Of a stretch of DNA of 64,000 nucleotides, positions 25,003 to 37,200 are shown piece by piece. The DNA is from Selaginella moellendorffii (Eukaryota; Plantae; Lycopodiophyta), in assembly GCF_000143415.4 (NCBI RefSeq), contig NW_003314394.1:124042-188041 (forward strand), read 5' to 3'. A program made the translations under genes and the position numbers. Every line of letters starts with the position of its first letter. Position 1 is the stretch's first letter. A model generated the notes under the pieces. The model did no database searches. It saw nothing but the letters and a program-made list of their open reading frames with translations, and was not told the origin of the DNA.

Positions 25003-27161
25003 AGTATCTTCGACTTTGGTTAGCTTGGTTGCTGGAAAGCTCCGAGTGGTGATTCACTCGTGCTTTCTTCTAGCTTTGTTTTGGTGTTGATGGCATTGAA
25101 GTGATGCCCTATCGTTGACATTGTTGGTATTGAGATTCAAGTGAAATGAGATGTCTCTCTGTAGGATTGATATTGAGTTTCATTAGTTCTGATAAAAATA
25201 ATGTTGATGATTTGGCTTTAGCTTTGTGTTGTTGGCATTCATGCATTTGCTAATTAGCAACTGTGTTGACGTTCAAATGAACTGAGTGGCAAGTTGAGTT
25301 AGTTGTGTTCTTGATGAGTTTGTTTAGTAAGGGTTGAGCTTTAAGCTTGTCCTTGAAAAGTGATTCAGTCGTGGACTATGTTAACTCTACAAGCGAAAGA
25401 GTTAGTGATCAATATTGGAAAGTTTGAATCCTTATTGGGTTTGAATTGGAATATATTGATCATTGATGATTCCCCTTGTGCTTGTTACGATGTGAGCTAC
25501 GTCTTGCTATAGATGGATTCATGGAGGATCGATTAGATGATCACTTGTTGAGCATAACTTCGTTATGCTTGGCTTTTGGATTGATGCAAACATGCTCTTC
25601 ATTAGCTTTCGCATTATGAAGTTTAGCTTATGGATGTATTGAAGGGGATATTGTGGTTCTACCATGATTTCTTCTTTAGCATTGAAGTTAGTTCGTGCGA
25701 GACTTGTGATCATTGTTAGGCAAGACTTGGCTATAGGCTTCTTCAAACTTTTGGTTCTTTGAGTTTTATGCTCATTGTTCCATTTGTTAAAAGTTGTTGG
25801 GGAAGGCATTTTGGCTCATTAGCTTCGATGTTGAAGTTGGCTTTGCATCTGGCAATCATTGGTGATGATTGACTATCATCTAGGGTAGTTAATTGTCCTT
25901 ATCATAAGTTTTGCTTGATTATTGTTGGTTTGGAATTATTTGCTATTCTTCGGGATGGTGGATTCCTTCTAAGACGATGATTCTGCATATCTCTTATTGA
26001 TGGGATGATTAATGATCTTTCATGATGGTTAGTTGTTCTCTTTGATAGTTTATGGCTTTTTGCAATACCACAAGTTGTTTGTGGTTTGCTCTGGATTGGT
26101 CTCTTGGGTTTGAGACGTCAATAGGATGTTGCTGACACTTGCTTAGGCAACTTGAGTTCCTTGGTATTGTTGGCTGGGATCTATTCAGATTGGCATTTGT
26201 GATAGTTGGCAGGCATGAGTGTTTGTTGGTCTTACCACATTCATTCTCTTCTGTTGATTGTTGCTCGAGTTAGTTTTGATAAATTTGGATGTTATTTCTT
26301 TCGGGTGATACATTTGCGAGCATTGTGCTTGTTAGTCAATGATACTTTGTGTTCTTTGAGTTCTCTCTAGTAAGTTGTTGGCTTACTGTCTACTATCTTC
26401 GGTAGTTAAGTTTCATCATTGAGTTTCCTTGATGATGTACTAGCTATTGACTTTTGTTGGATGGTCATTCCTATGTTTGCCAAATTATGATGATCTTGGT
26501 GGTTCCTATCTACAATACTACTGGTTTATCGGATGATAACTTGCTTAGAATACTTTTGTGTTCTACTCTAAGATATAATCACTAGTAATTAAGCTTCTCA
26601 GATATCATTGTCTCTGACTTTGATATTGTCCATCTATTGATCTTTGAGTTTGGGCCAGTATAGGCAGACTGGCTTCGGCACTTCGTGTGCATGGTGAAAT
26701 CTCTAGTCATGGGGTAGCTCCTGTCGACTGGTCACATACCCGCCTCTCTGTCGATGTTCCTTATTCCGTTGAAAGGGCGTGACCGTGTAAACAACTCTAA
26801 CTGCCTGTTTACAGTAGTCTATCTAAACCTTACCGACGGGTTTGGTTTCTTTGCTTAGGAGGGTTGGGGCCTCTGGCTTCTCTCTCTATGTTCCTGTGGG
26901 CAGGGGCATATCACACTTTTGTAAGCTGGGTGACTCCCAGAGCAGCAAGGGTGGCTGACTTCATTGGTCATTTCCTTGTTGGCGACGGCCGGAAGGTGTC
27001 TGAGCTGGTAGCGCATCCGCGTTAGACAAAGAGGTTGCCCCCTAACTCATTTAAGTTGGTGCATTTCTCACATAGTGTGAGTACCGTAAACTTTTTCTGG
27101 AGTTGTTTCCTTGGCGGTATTCTAGACTCGAGTATGCATCAACGAGGACGTCGATCTTCCC

Positions 27162-28317
27162 AAGGGGGGGAGAGTGTCGCGAATGTGACTTCAGGTATCG
27201 AAAGTTACCTGTCAGCTAGTCCTTACGGACACTCTTACCTTACTGCCACGATGGCAGGAGGTCGGTATTGCTGGTTCCTTTTATCAGCCCCTCTTGTTCA
27301 AGTGTTAGTAAACTGGGCTTAGCACCTGTACTTAGCCAGATGGACATAAGGTAGGAACTCCTATGTGTTTCTAGCTGAGCATTCTCGGCCTAGCTTTTAG
27401 TTCTCTTTTGCTCTGTCTTGCACTGGCTTGGCAAGAACCCTCGCGTATTGAGACTAGTCCCTCAATATCGCTGGATGATAGCTTACCGTGTCTGCCAAAC
27501 ACCCTCGCTATCATGCCCTTTGTGTTAGTCTCAATTCGTCCTAGATGCTATTTATGGAAAGTGTCCAGATTTGCTCATTTGGCATATCTACAGAATGTAG
27601 AGATTGGCCTGAACACAATGGTGTTCGTCCCGTGTCCAAATTCGCAATCTAAGGACATTCCATATTTAGTAAGTTTCGAGCTTGTCCCAAAGACTAACTC
27701 CTGATACTAAGGGAGGCTTGGGGTGAAAGCCCAAAGCGTGTGTTCCTCAAGGGGGGGGGGCTATGGGGGGTTCCAAATGTATAGTAGGGATAGTGGGTAG
27801 GTCGGGCATGGCCGACCAACCTAAGGCATAGTCTAGCTCCTGCTTGCGTGCCTGTCCTTGTTCTGCGTCCGGCTTGGGTCTAAGCCCAAGTTCCATTCCA
27901 TGCTAGCTGGTGGAGTACCCATGTCCTCGCGTTAGGCCACCGGTATGCCGAAATAGCGCCAGACTCCATTTGGCTCCGTTTTGCGTGCTAGTCGTGGCAT
28001 TGGGATGCTGGTTGCTTCAGGACTGTTCCAAGTCGCTCCGGGCTCCTGTCCCTTCGCTCCTTGGGCTATATGCTCGGGAGTTGCTCCGTGGTTCGGTTCC
28101 ATCACTCCTTGGCTCCACGCTTGGGAGTTTGGCACCGTTCCTTCGTTCAGTGGCCCAAGGCCCTGAACCTTGGGTTCCTATGGACACGTGGCATGGACAC
28201 GTGGCATGTGACATGTGGCATCTGTCACGTGGCACAAAGAGGGTTTAGGTTCCGCTTCGTGGTGTTATCCTATGGTAAATCACCATAGGATAAAGGGTCA
28301 AAACCACGTGCACTACA
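27162..28317 (+). repeat. PPT (27162-27174) and 3' LTR (27175-28317)
   Basis: aagggggggagag, then TGTCGCGAATG...cactaCA. Confidence 0.92.
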
Positions 28318-29931
28318 GTTTGGACCTGTACCAGCAAACCTTGCTTCTTGTGCAGCCAAAGCTTTTGATGACTGCTCAAGAGATCTAGTGAGGTCGGAGA
28401 GTGTAGCTTCATAGAGGGACACTTTTCCTTTCCCTGCTTCGGAAGCTCTCCAACTCCAATGTTTGCTCTCAGAGAGATTAATTGTTGGTGTAAGTGCAAT
28501 GTCATCAAGTGGTTGATCATAGGAAAAATGCAACATTTGAATGTGACAAAAAAAGAAAATAAGAGAAAACTTACATGGAGAATATAATGGCCCAATTGAA
28601 ACATTCGAACTTCCCACCATGCAAGCCAACACTCCATTTGTGGAAGGTGTTCAATTGGCACTTTGTCTCCTTCACGCCACCATATGCGTATCTCATTTGC
28701 TTTTGCCTCGTGCTCTTCTTTAGTTGGTGCATCCATCCATTCCCGACAAAGCTGCTTGAATTCGTGATGGAAGCTAGACTTGATACATCGGCAATGTTCA
28801 TTGATGCTCTTTGCCCAATGAAACTCATAACTCTTCTCTCTACCTTGTAATGGCTAACTTTTATCACCTCTAAATACTTGTCGTACAGCCAACCAATTAG
28901 CACCAGCAGCATCTGCCATGAAACCACGGAAGTTGGGTTTCTTCCCGGTTTGCTGTTCAACAACCTCGGATATACACATCCAAAAGACGGTTTGTGCTTG
29001 GAAATCTTGAACCTTAAATTCAGCTATAGCTATAGTTAAGTTGCATTGCAACCTATAGAAGGAATGGTTATAATGTAAATCGGTATGGATCCTTAAAAAA
29101 TGAATAACCACTTACTTGTGATCATAAACATGAGCTCCCATTGTTGACCAGCCTGAAACTCGTTCCATATAGTCAAAATGGATCCAAGAATTAGCCAAGT
29201 CCCTATCTCCGTCCATATCTATTCGTTGTACAAAGTCCACACCAGAAGCAGGACCAAAGGTGGATATTTTAAAGATGAAAGAGCGTTGACTGTTTGAAGT
29301 CACTTGGCCAACAAACAAACTCCCATGAATAAATTCATAGGGACATTTTCTTTTTAACTCCAAAATTGCATCCAATCCAAATTGAAGCTTTCCATCTTGC
29401 CCTTCTTGCATCCAGTTCTTTATTCTGCTAAAAAAAAGTATTATTAGTGATAAAGTAGAGTTAAGTATTAACTTATACCTATTTAAATTTGTCACGGGTT
29501 CTATATTTTGAAGCAGGTCCTTCAAGCTATTCTCCATGAACTCTTTTTTGCCATCAGCTTGTAGCAACATGTCCACCACATAGTCCTTTAGTACAGATTG
29601 TTGAACACACTTTGGAGTTGCGGCACTTTTCTTCCCAGCCTCTGTAGTAACAGCAGCCTTCAAATTGCGAAAAGAATCACGGCGGATTCCTTCCTCTATT
29701 GCATGTTGGTGGTATCCAACATGCATTGCTGCTCTGCCTAAACATCCATCTTGTGAAAGAAAATAATACATTTTTGCATCGCAACATGCTTGACAAATAG
29801 GTGTTGCCCTGCATTTGCAACATTTAAACCCTGTAGCAACCTTATCACGCCTAGGGGGATTGATTGCTGAGCCTTCAAAGAAACATATATTCTTGCCATG
29901 ATTAGAAATGCATTTCTCAGCGACACATTGA
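28318..29931 (-). pseudogene. MULE-like transposase gene (copy 2), N-terminal part deleted, cut by the LTR at its 3' side
   Basis: High identity by eye to about 790-2407, with the same three introns and the FMAD and PTINLSES motifs. Breaks at ggtccaaac|TG of the LTR. Confidence 0.8.
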
Positions 29932-30254
29932 ATGCATTTCTCAACGAAAAAACCGTGCACGAACCAAACATTTCGAGCTTAAGTCTCTCTCACTTATCAC
30001 AAAAGAATGAAACTCTTTTGAAGGGAAAAGAGCATGGAGATGAGAGGGAGAACAAGCAATTAATGCTACAACTCTCGCGATTAATCAGTGCCTCTCGCTC
30101 ATAACCCCATTCATTTCAACAGTATTATTCCTCTCACAATCAATTTTACAATTAATATCTAAAGCATTGAATGATTGTCTCCTTGGAAAGAACACGTGAA
30201 ATCTATGTTCATAATGGATTTGTCCTATAAACATATCCAAGTACTATTAAAAAA

Positions 30255-30345
30255 TTGATCGTGACCATTGATCATGACCGTTGATTGTGACCATTGATTG
30301 TGACTGTTGATCATGACCGTTGATCGTGACCATTGATTGTGACCG
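30255..30345. repeat. 13-bp tandem repeat, 7 copies (TTGATYRTGACYR)
   Basis: ttgatcgtgacca ttgatcatgaccg ttgattgtgacca ttgattgtgactg ttgatcatgaccg ttgatcgtgacca ttgattgtgaccg. Confidence 0.9.
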
Positions 30346-30568
30346 TTAATTTTTAGGGTTTTACTGCTAGAGTTTGAGCAAGGAAGGACGAGAGAAAAAC
30401 GCTTGAATGCTTCAAGATGCTTCTCAATCTAGATGTTAGATGCTCTTCAAGACACTAGAAAGACACTCCTTAATCAAGGTATGCCTCTCTCTGCTGCTTT
30501 TCCATCTCCCCATCTTTTGCTCTTAGCTTGCAAGTAACTTGTGCCTCACAGCTACTTCGCGCTGGAAT

Positions 30569-30680
30569 GATCGGTTCGGCAGCGAACCGATCTTCCCAGC
30601 GCCAAGGGAACTTCTTCTTTTCTTCTTTTTTTTTGTTCCCTTGGTGCTGCGAAGATCGGTTCGGTGACGAACCGATCTTC
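30569..30680. repeat. Two copies of palindrome GATCGGTTCG-N4-CGAACCGATC
   Basis: 30569-30592 (10-bp arms) and 30651-30680 (13-bp arms), within a ~50-bp direct duplication. Confidence 0.85.
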
Positions 30681-30830
30681 CCAGCGGCAAGGGAACTTCT
30701 TCGCGGTTTTTTTAATGTTTACTCAAGTTTATTTGTCATTTTCATGGAGATATATAAATCATGCCACAACAGAAGAAATGTCCCGGTCAACCTCAATAGA
30801 CCCATTCTCCAGGAAAACAACTAGATCGTT

Positions 30831-33800
30831 GTGCTAGATTCACTAGGGACAGCTCACATTCAAAGCGCTGCTTCGGAGGAAGACCATGGTGGGAGCAGTG
30901 GTGTCCAGATCCAAGTAATGGTTAATCCTGATCCAGATGTTAGCATGCAGGAGCCAGATGGTTCTAGAGAGCGTGGAAATGCAGAAGCTAGCTATAGCAC
31001 AGGAGAAGCTTCTGGTGGTAGTGCCATAGGTGGTGGTGCGGAACTTGGTGGCAGAAATGAAGCACCTAGTGCTATAGGTGGTGGGGCAGATCTTGGTGGT
31101 GGAAATGGCGGACATGCTGCTGCTCTTGAAGGTCACAGAAATAAGGTGGTAACTATGCTAGAGGCCGACACGATCTTGAATGAGCGAGTACGCAAGACTA
31201 TTGTCCAGGCTCAAGAACGAACTATCAGCAGAGTGTTAGGTGAAATAGCTTGGAAAGGATCCCAACATCTTAAGATTCCACTTTGCCGTTTTAAGTAGAG
31301 TCACTGGGTGCGCTCAGCCTACGACCTCAACATGGTTATTTATACCTCTTTCACAAACGTTGGATTCGGGCACACTGCTGGATCGTTTATTGTGTCGTCA
31401 TCATTTCCTGGAACAAATCGCATAGACATGGTCACTCACGAGATTGAGCAAACTTGGGATCAAATATGGCAGAGGAAATCTCAGGAGTTTGATACTTTGA
31501 TGGCGTGCCACAAGGAGACACAAGCCTTTGTAGGCCGGATGTTCTTCATTATTGATGGAAACCACCGGTGGCTTGCATTTTGGAGGTGTATCCAAGAGAA
31601 GTTCCAAAACGATGACGAGTGACATATTTGTGTTTCAGTGACACTTGTGGAGCCACAAGATCAAAACCAAGTTGTGAGGTTCAACTTGGCATGTCACAAG
31701 ATCAACATGTAAGAATCTTTTACTTGTAACCTTTGTTCTCACCAACTATATTACAAGCTTAATCAATTTGCTTTCCAAGCACATACCTTGGTCCATGATA
31801 TTGAGCACCTTTAATATGTTGGCATGCTTTCTCTCAATGAAATCCAGATGCTGTATAGTTGTGAAGTTATGGAAGCGGTTCAAGCAAAGCTTGTAGCACG
31901 TAAAGGCCAAGAGTTGCTTACTTGGTATCAGGTGCTTATGGATATTTTGGTTGCGGTCTGGGCAAAGGTATCCTTTTCTTGCATGAACTTGTGTTTTCTA
32001 CTCACAAGTTTTTCTTTTAGCCAATTGTCAAGGCGGAGCAAAACTCGTATTTGAAGATTACGCAAGTGACGGATGAGGTGCAAAAGAACCTTGAACTGTG
32101 ACAAATTGAGCAGTGCATTTTGAACTCAAAAAAATCAAAGGTGAAAAAGCTACTTGCGATTGCAGACATTTGCTGCGATAAAGATTGGTTGGATTGCATT
32201 GCAGAGATATGCTCTCGTGGCAGTAAGCTAGTCCCTTTTATCTTTCTCATTCCACTTTGAAATCTTTGTCCTTGTAGGAAATGGTAAAGCACCTAAAGAA
32301 TTGATCTATAACATTGCAAAAAGCAAGCTCTCTTTCAATGAACAAACCTCTTGCTTGGAACTCCTCAACACTTGGCATCGTAACAATGATAAAAGGTTGG
32401 AGAGCAAACTTGAGAATGTGATGAAGGAGAAGCTCTATATCACTCAGAGTATTGCGGCTGCTGAGGAGCTACTTCAAGTATGGGATACGAAGTTCCTTAC
32501 TAGTGCCCACACCAGCATAACACTTCCAAAATATGTCCAAGCTTCCCTTCAAGAGCTTGGGGATGGATGGCTTCCTGATGGCAGTTCAAGCTCTATGGAT
32601 TTCAAGAACTAGCTGGGCTAACCATTTTTCTCACGTCGCATGGCATATAGGTACATTGCAAAAAAATGACTTGTTTATTTAAGCATGACTCTTTTGTAGG
32701 TATTTAAATCATTGCCCAGGTGCTCTAGTGTATACAGCAAGTGTTTTTCTCAAGCTCTTAATTAGTGGGAAGAAACTTGGCATGTATGAGCCAGAGTTTC
32801 AGTGTTCCACTGCACGGGAGCGAGCACTTTGTCCATGGTATTTTGAGTTGTGGAGGCAAATGCCATCGTCACCTTTTGAGCTTGATCTCTACCTCGAGTG
32901 TCATTCAGGTTTGATGAGTAAAATTTCCTAGTAGTAACCTATGTTTCTACTTTATTGTAGAGGCACTTTTGGAGGGAGTGGAGATGCCTCAAGACAAGGA
33001 CGAGATTCATATTGAGCAGACTAAAGACGAACGAGTGGAGAACCCAGCTGAAAACTCTCTTGCCCCATCTCATCCTACAGCAGTTGCTCATTCCCCAGAT
33101 CCTACTGCCGCTGCTCATCCAGCCCCGACTGCTCGAAATATACGAAGGTAGCTCCATAGTGAGGACGTCCAAGAGAGTAAGAACTTGATTTCCAATGACC
33201 TTGCTTATTGTAATTTGGTTGTAGATGTCGGAGAAACCAGCTAGCACTCTATACATTGACGTACAAATGCATTCTTTCCATCCCTCCCCACTGCTACAGA
33301 GGATGACCTCCAAGAGTTATCTTCATCGGCTTCACATAAATAGGTATGAAAAAAAACATGTATTAACTTTAATATTTCCTGATTTTGAACACTATTTAGG
33401 TTCACCCTCTTTCTCCTACGGGAAGTGTTGGCAACGTGGAAATAGTTATTGGGGACTACTTTCAGCTTTCCAATAATGTGAGCCGAGAGTCTTCTATGTT
33501 CCATCGATGGATGCGAGGATTGGGAATGAACAATACTTTCAGCATCAACCTCACATTCTTTGATCTGCCTGATGGGTTACCACATTTACAAGGTGACACT
33601 CCATCCTGGAAAATCCTTCGACTGGGCCATATTTCTCAAGCGGTGGATGTGGCATCCAAGGTGTTGCGATACGAGGGCATTATGCTAGTCATTCTTCCTC
33701 GTTCTTTATTATGGGGAGGTCTTCTTGCAACGATGGCGGAGAATGATGACTCTAGATTGGTTGAGTTTGCATCAGGCTGCCTACTCTCAAACATCCTAGT

Positions 33801-34239
33801 CGAAACAAAAGGAGCAGGTGGCCGAATCCAAAAGGTTTACATTTCCTTATTTTTTATATCTTAAATTGATTGCCTCTTTTCCTTGTAGGTTTTAGCATGG
33901 AACTACCATGCTCTCTGCCACTACTCTTGCCATCACAGTATTACATGAGCTGATGAGCATGTAGGTTTGGCATTGCCAGGATATGATAGCTCAACAGATA
34001 TCATCCCGAATGTCATTGACGAGGACCATCATATAGAGTTCCCTAGTTATCGACACCGTTCACCAAAGGCCATGCAAATCCTCCTAAAGTTGTTTTGTCC
34101 TCCTAAGGGGATTATGCTTGATGCTACAGCAGGTTTTGGTTCGATAGTGCTAGCGGCTAAAGAGACTGGACGTGCAGTTTTTGCACTAGAGAAGGAGAGT
34201 GCATTTGAAAGTGTTCTTGGGACATTGCATAACAGGTGA
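30831..34239 (+). pseudogene. Multi-exon ParB/Srx-like plus beta-class (N4mC/N6mA) DNA methyltransferase-like gene, divergent from the MULE transposase
   Basis: ParB-like motif MFFIIDGNHRW. MTase motifs in beta order: IVIGDYF, INLTFFDLPDG, KVLRYEGIMLV, and HRSPKAMQILLKLFCPPKGIMLDATAGFGSIVLAAKETGRAVFALEKE. Short GT-AG introns and several in-frame stops (31296, 31620, others). True start may lie upstream near 30410. Confidence 0.75.
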
Positions 34240-34263
34240 TAATAAAGTATAAATTTCTCCTTA

Positions 34264-37200
34264 ACGCTCTATTTCGTTAAAGTGGGAATTGTCATTATCC
34301 CACTTGTAAAATAAGGTTTCCAAACCTTTATATAGTATATAAATATAACAAAATTCAACTGCATTGAGGCACATGCCATTTTATTTTAAACAAGGAAATG
34401 TCTACTTAATCACTTCTCCTCCCCCTGCCACTGCTTCACCTCTCTCTTCTCCTTGTCATCGTCGTCCAATTTCTTTCCATCCTTTTAATATTGGCTTAGT
34501 TGCTCCGAGTCTAGGTGGAGCCCAAGTCCCCATTCAATCTTTACTTTCCCCTTATTAATAAAACAACTTCGTAGACTTCCAATAACATGCTGTAACACTT
34601 CTAGTATAATGCAAATCCTCTCAAAGAATTGTCTTTTAATATTAATACAATGGCATGGAACCCCATGCCATAATAAGTTACATTTTTAAATAAATACATG
34701 CCATCTCAGACTGTTATTTTTTGCCTCCAACGCCTATACAATAATCTTGGAATTTCATCACTCTCCACACTATCAGGATTTAAACCCAATAGTAATGCCA
34801 TCTCTTCTCTAATACGTCCACGCTCATGTTCAGTGGTCGAAGAACCCATCCAGTTGAGCAGATTATGGAGATGCGGATAGTGCTTGGCTAGACAATATAC
34901 ATGCCATAAATGATGACTGGTGTCTGTCCGATCAAATGGCTTCTGATATACCGTTCCATCTGCCATTTGGTTGATTTCTGCAGCCACCTCCTGGACTGGC
35001 CGGTTCTCTATCACCATCGCTCCAAGCCGTTTTGCAAGGTCCCCCAGAACATACGGTTTCTTCTCCCTAGTTTCCATACTGCAAGAGATGGGGTGCACTG
35101 CATATGTGTGCGTGTTCGCTGCAGTTTTAATCAGCGAGTCATCGATGATGAGGATTTCACTTGACCTAGCAGTCCGGTTCATCACTACAGCCTCTGGCTT
35201 GACGAAGATGGGCTTGCTACCCCTCACATGGACCATAGTCAAGCAATCCTCCTGCGTTAGGAGAAAGTCAAATGGTAATATTACTCGCGTTTGATGGTGC
35301 ATCATCTGTAGCAATGTTAATGCATTGTGGCGCATCATGGATGTCAAAACTCCCAATTGCAAATTGAACCCGGCCCTCTGTTTTAAGTGTCGCATGGTCA
35401 TTATTAGATCCCACAGTTTCTCCCGTGTGATTAATGTGAATCTGTCTCTTTTGACCAACTTGCGACCGCAGGCTTTGGAGGGTGCAGTGACATTCGAGGA
35501 CAAGCCATGATCATGGGAGAAAAGGACACCGTTCAGATCAAAAACGATACAGTACCTTCGCCGTGACTCTGAAATGAAATGCATCAGCATAAAAAATGGT
35601 ACAAGTCAATTTTACCATCTACAATATTAGCAAATGGTGCTCCCGATGGTCGTTGAGAGGGTTTTGGTCGAGGAAACGTGAAGGGCGGAAATACTCTCCT
35701 CTGCAATGTGGGGTCAATCGCATCCGATGGCGTGTGGGCACATGCCATTTCAGCTGTAGACTCTGGTACAACTGGCTCAACAGTGGCATGGGGTGGTTCC
35801 GATGGCGTGTGATCACACGCCATTTCAGCTGGTGCCTCCGTTGGCAAAGTGGACATGACCGAACAGGCAGCAGGGGGGGTGTAGGGAGGTTCCAACGGCG
35901 CGTAGTCAGACGATTGGGCACACGTTGAGTCCGTTGGAAATGAGGATACGACCGGCTCGGCGGCTGGGGCGGCCTCATATGGGTCCAATGGCGCCTGGTC
36001 ACCGTCAGTTGGATACGTGGACAAGATTGACTCAGTGGTATGGGCAGCATCAAGTGGAGCGTGGTCAGCTTGCTTGGCATTGATATGGATAGTAGCCTCC
36101 ACCAGCTCTGATGACTCTTGCAGGCAAGTAGAGTCCACTAGCGGATTCATATGCATGTCCAAATATCTCCCTTCGATTGAGATGGTATCCTCCCATGCTA
36201 CTAAAAACAAACTCATTAGCACATTGAATCGACTATACTGTATTTACCATCAACTGCTATTGAGGAACTAGGACCGATATCACTTGGGCACACTGCTGAT
36301 TCTGAAGGATTGGACATATGTTTCGACCATTGCTTGGCACTATCCTTCCTCGACACTAAAGGCTAGAGTTTGTAAATTCAACTGAATAATCTCTACTTAC
36401 CATTTGCTCTGCGACCTACATGGACAATGTTAGAAATGGTAAAAGGTTAGGAATGGATGTACTATTATTTACCTGATGGTTTGTCTTGTATGACCTTCCT
36501 CCGCTGCTCTTTGGCCACCTCAGGCTGGCCATCGTCGTCATTATCGTCGTCGTCGTTATTGTGATCGTCACCATTGTGAGGACCATCCAAGTCCTCTTCA
36601 TCCTCCTCTTCTTCGTCCTCCTCTTCTTTGTCCTCCTCTTCATCCTTCTGCTCTTCCTGCTCATTATCTTTCTCTGGCTCCTCATCCCCCTCCTGCATTT
36701 CTTCCATAGGCTGCTCAGGCTGGATGGCTTGTTCTTCCAGGACCATCTTGGGAAAATCATCTGGCCGAGTCTCCATCTCAAAATACAAGACATCCATAGC
36801 CTGTTTTAGTGTGTGACCTAGGACCATATACTCACCCGACTGTCTTAACATGGTTTCTGCACGTTCTTGCACCCTTCGAAGACGACGAGATGAGAAAAAT
36901 GTGGCCCTAACTTGAAAAGCATCCCTCATCCATTGTACCTCTCCATTGAGATTGGGGAAGGGGAGTCCGCCATAGGAATCTGAGTCAGGAGGTGGTGACT
37001 GCCTACTTTCACTCAGCCCTTGATCTGCAATGAATGGCATGAGCACACACGCCATAACCGCGAGGCATTACCTATCATCTTTTCGTTGCCCTTCTTCCTT
37101 TTCGAATCAAACGCCTCTGATCCCGATGACTGTCTAACGTGCTTTCGCTTTTTATGACCACTGTCAGTTTGAGCTTGGCTGGTGCTTTCCTGTTTTGCCT

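Larger units (their letters stand above)
7518..28317 (+). mobile_element. Non-autonomous (LARD-like) LTR retrotransposon with ~1.14-kb LTRs, hosting nested insertions
   Basis: 5' LTR 7518-7867 plus 20231-21037 (split by the DNA transposon), PBS 21040-21050, PPT 27162-27174, 3' LTR 27175-28317. The internal region has no recognisable gag/pol ORF. The outer flanks do not form a TSD. Confidence 0.8.

Noticed and set aside
30831-34239. Bacterial contamination or a bacterial restriction-modification / partition locus
   Set aside because: The gene has spliceosomal introns and is contiguous with plant transposons.
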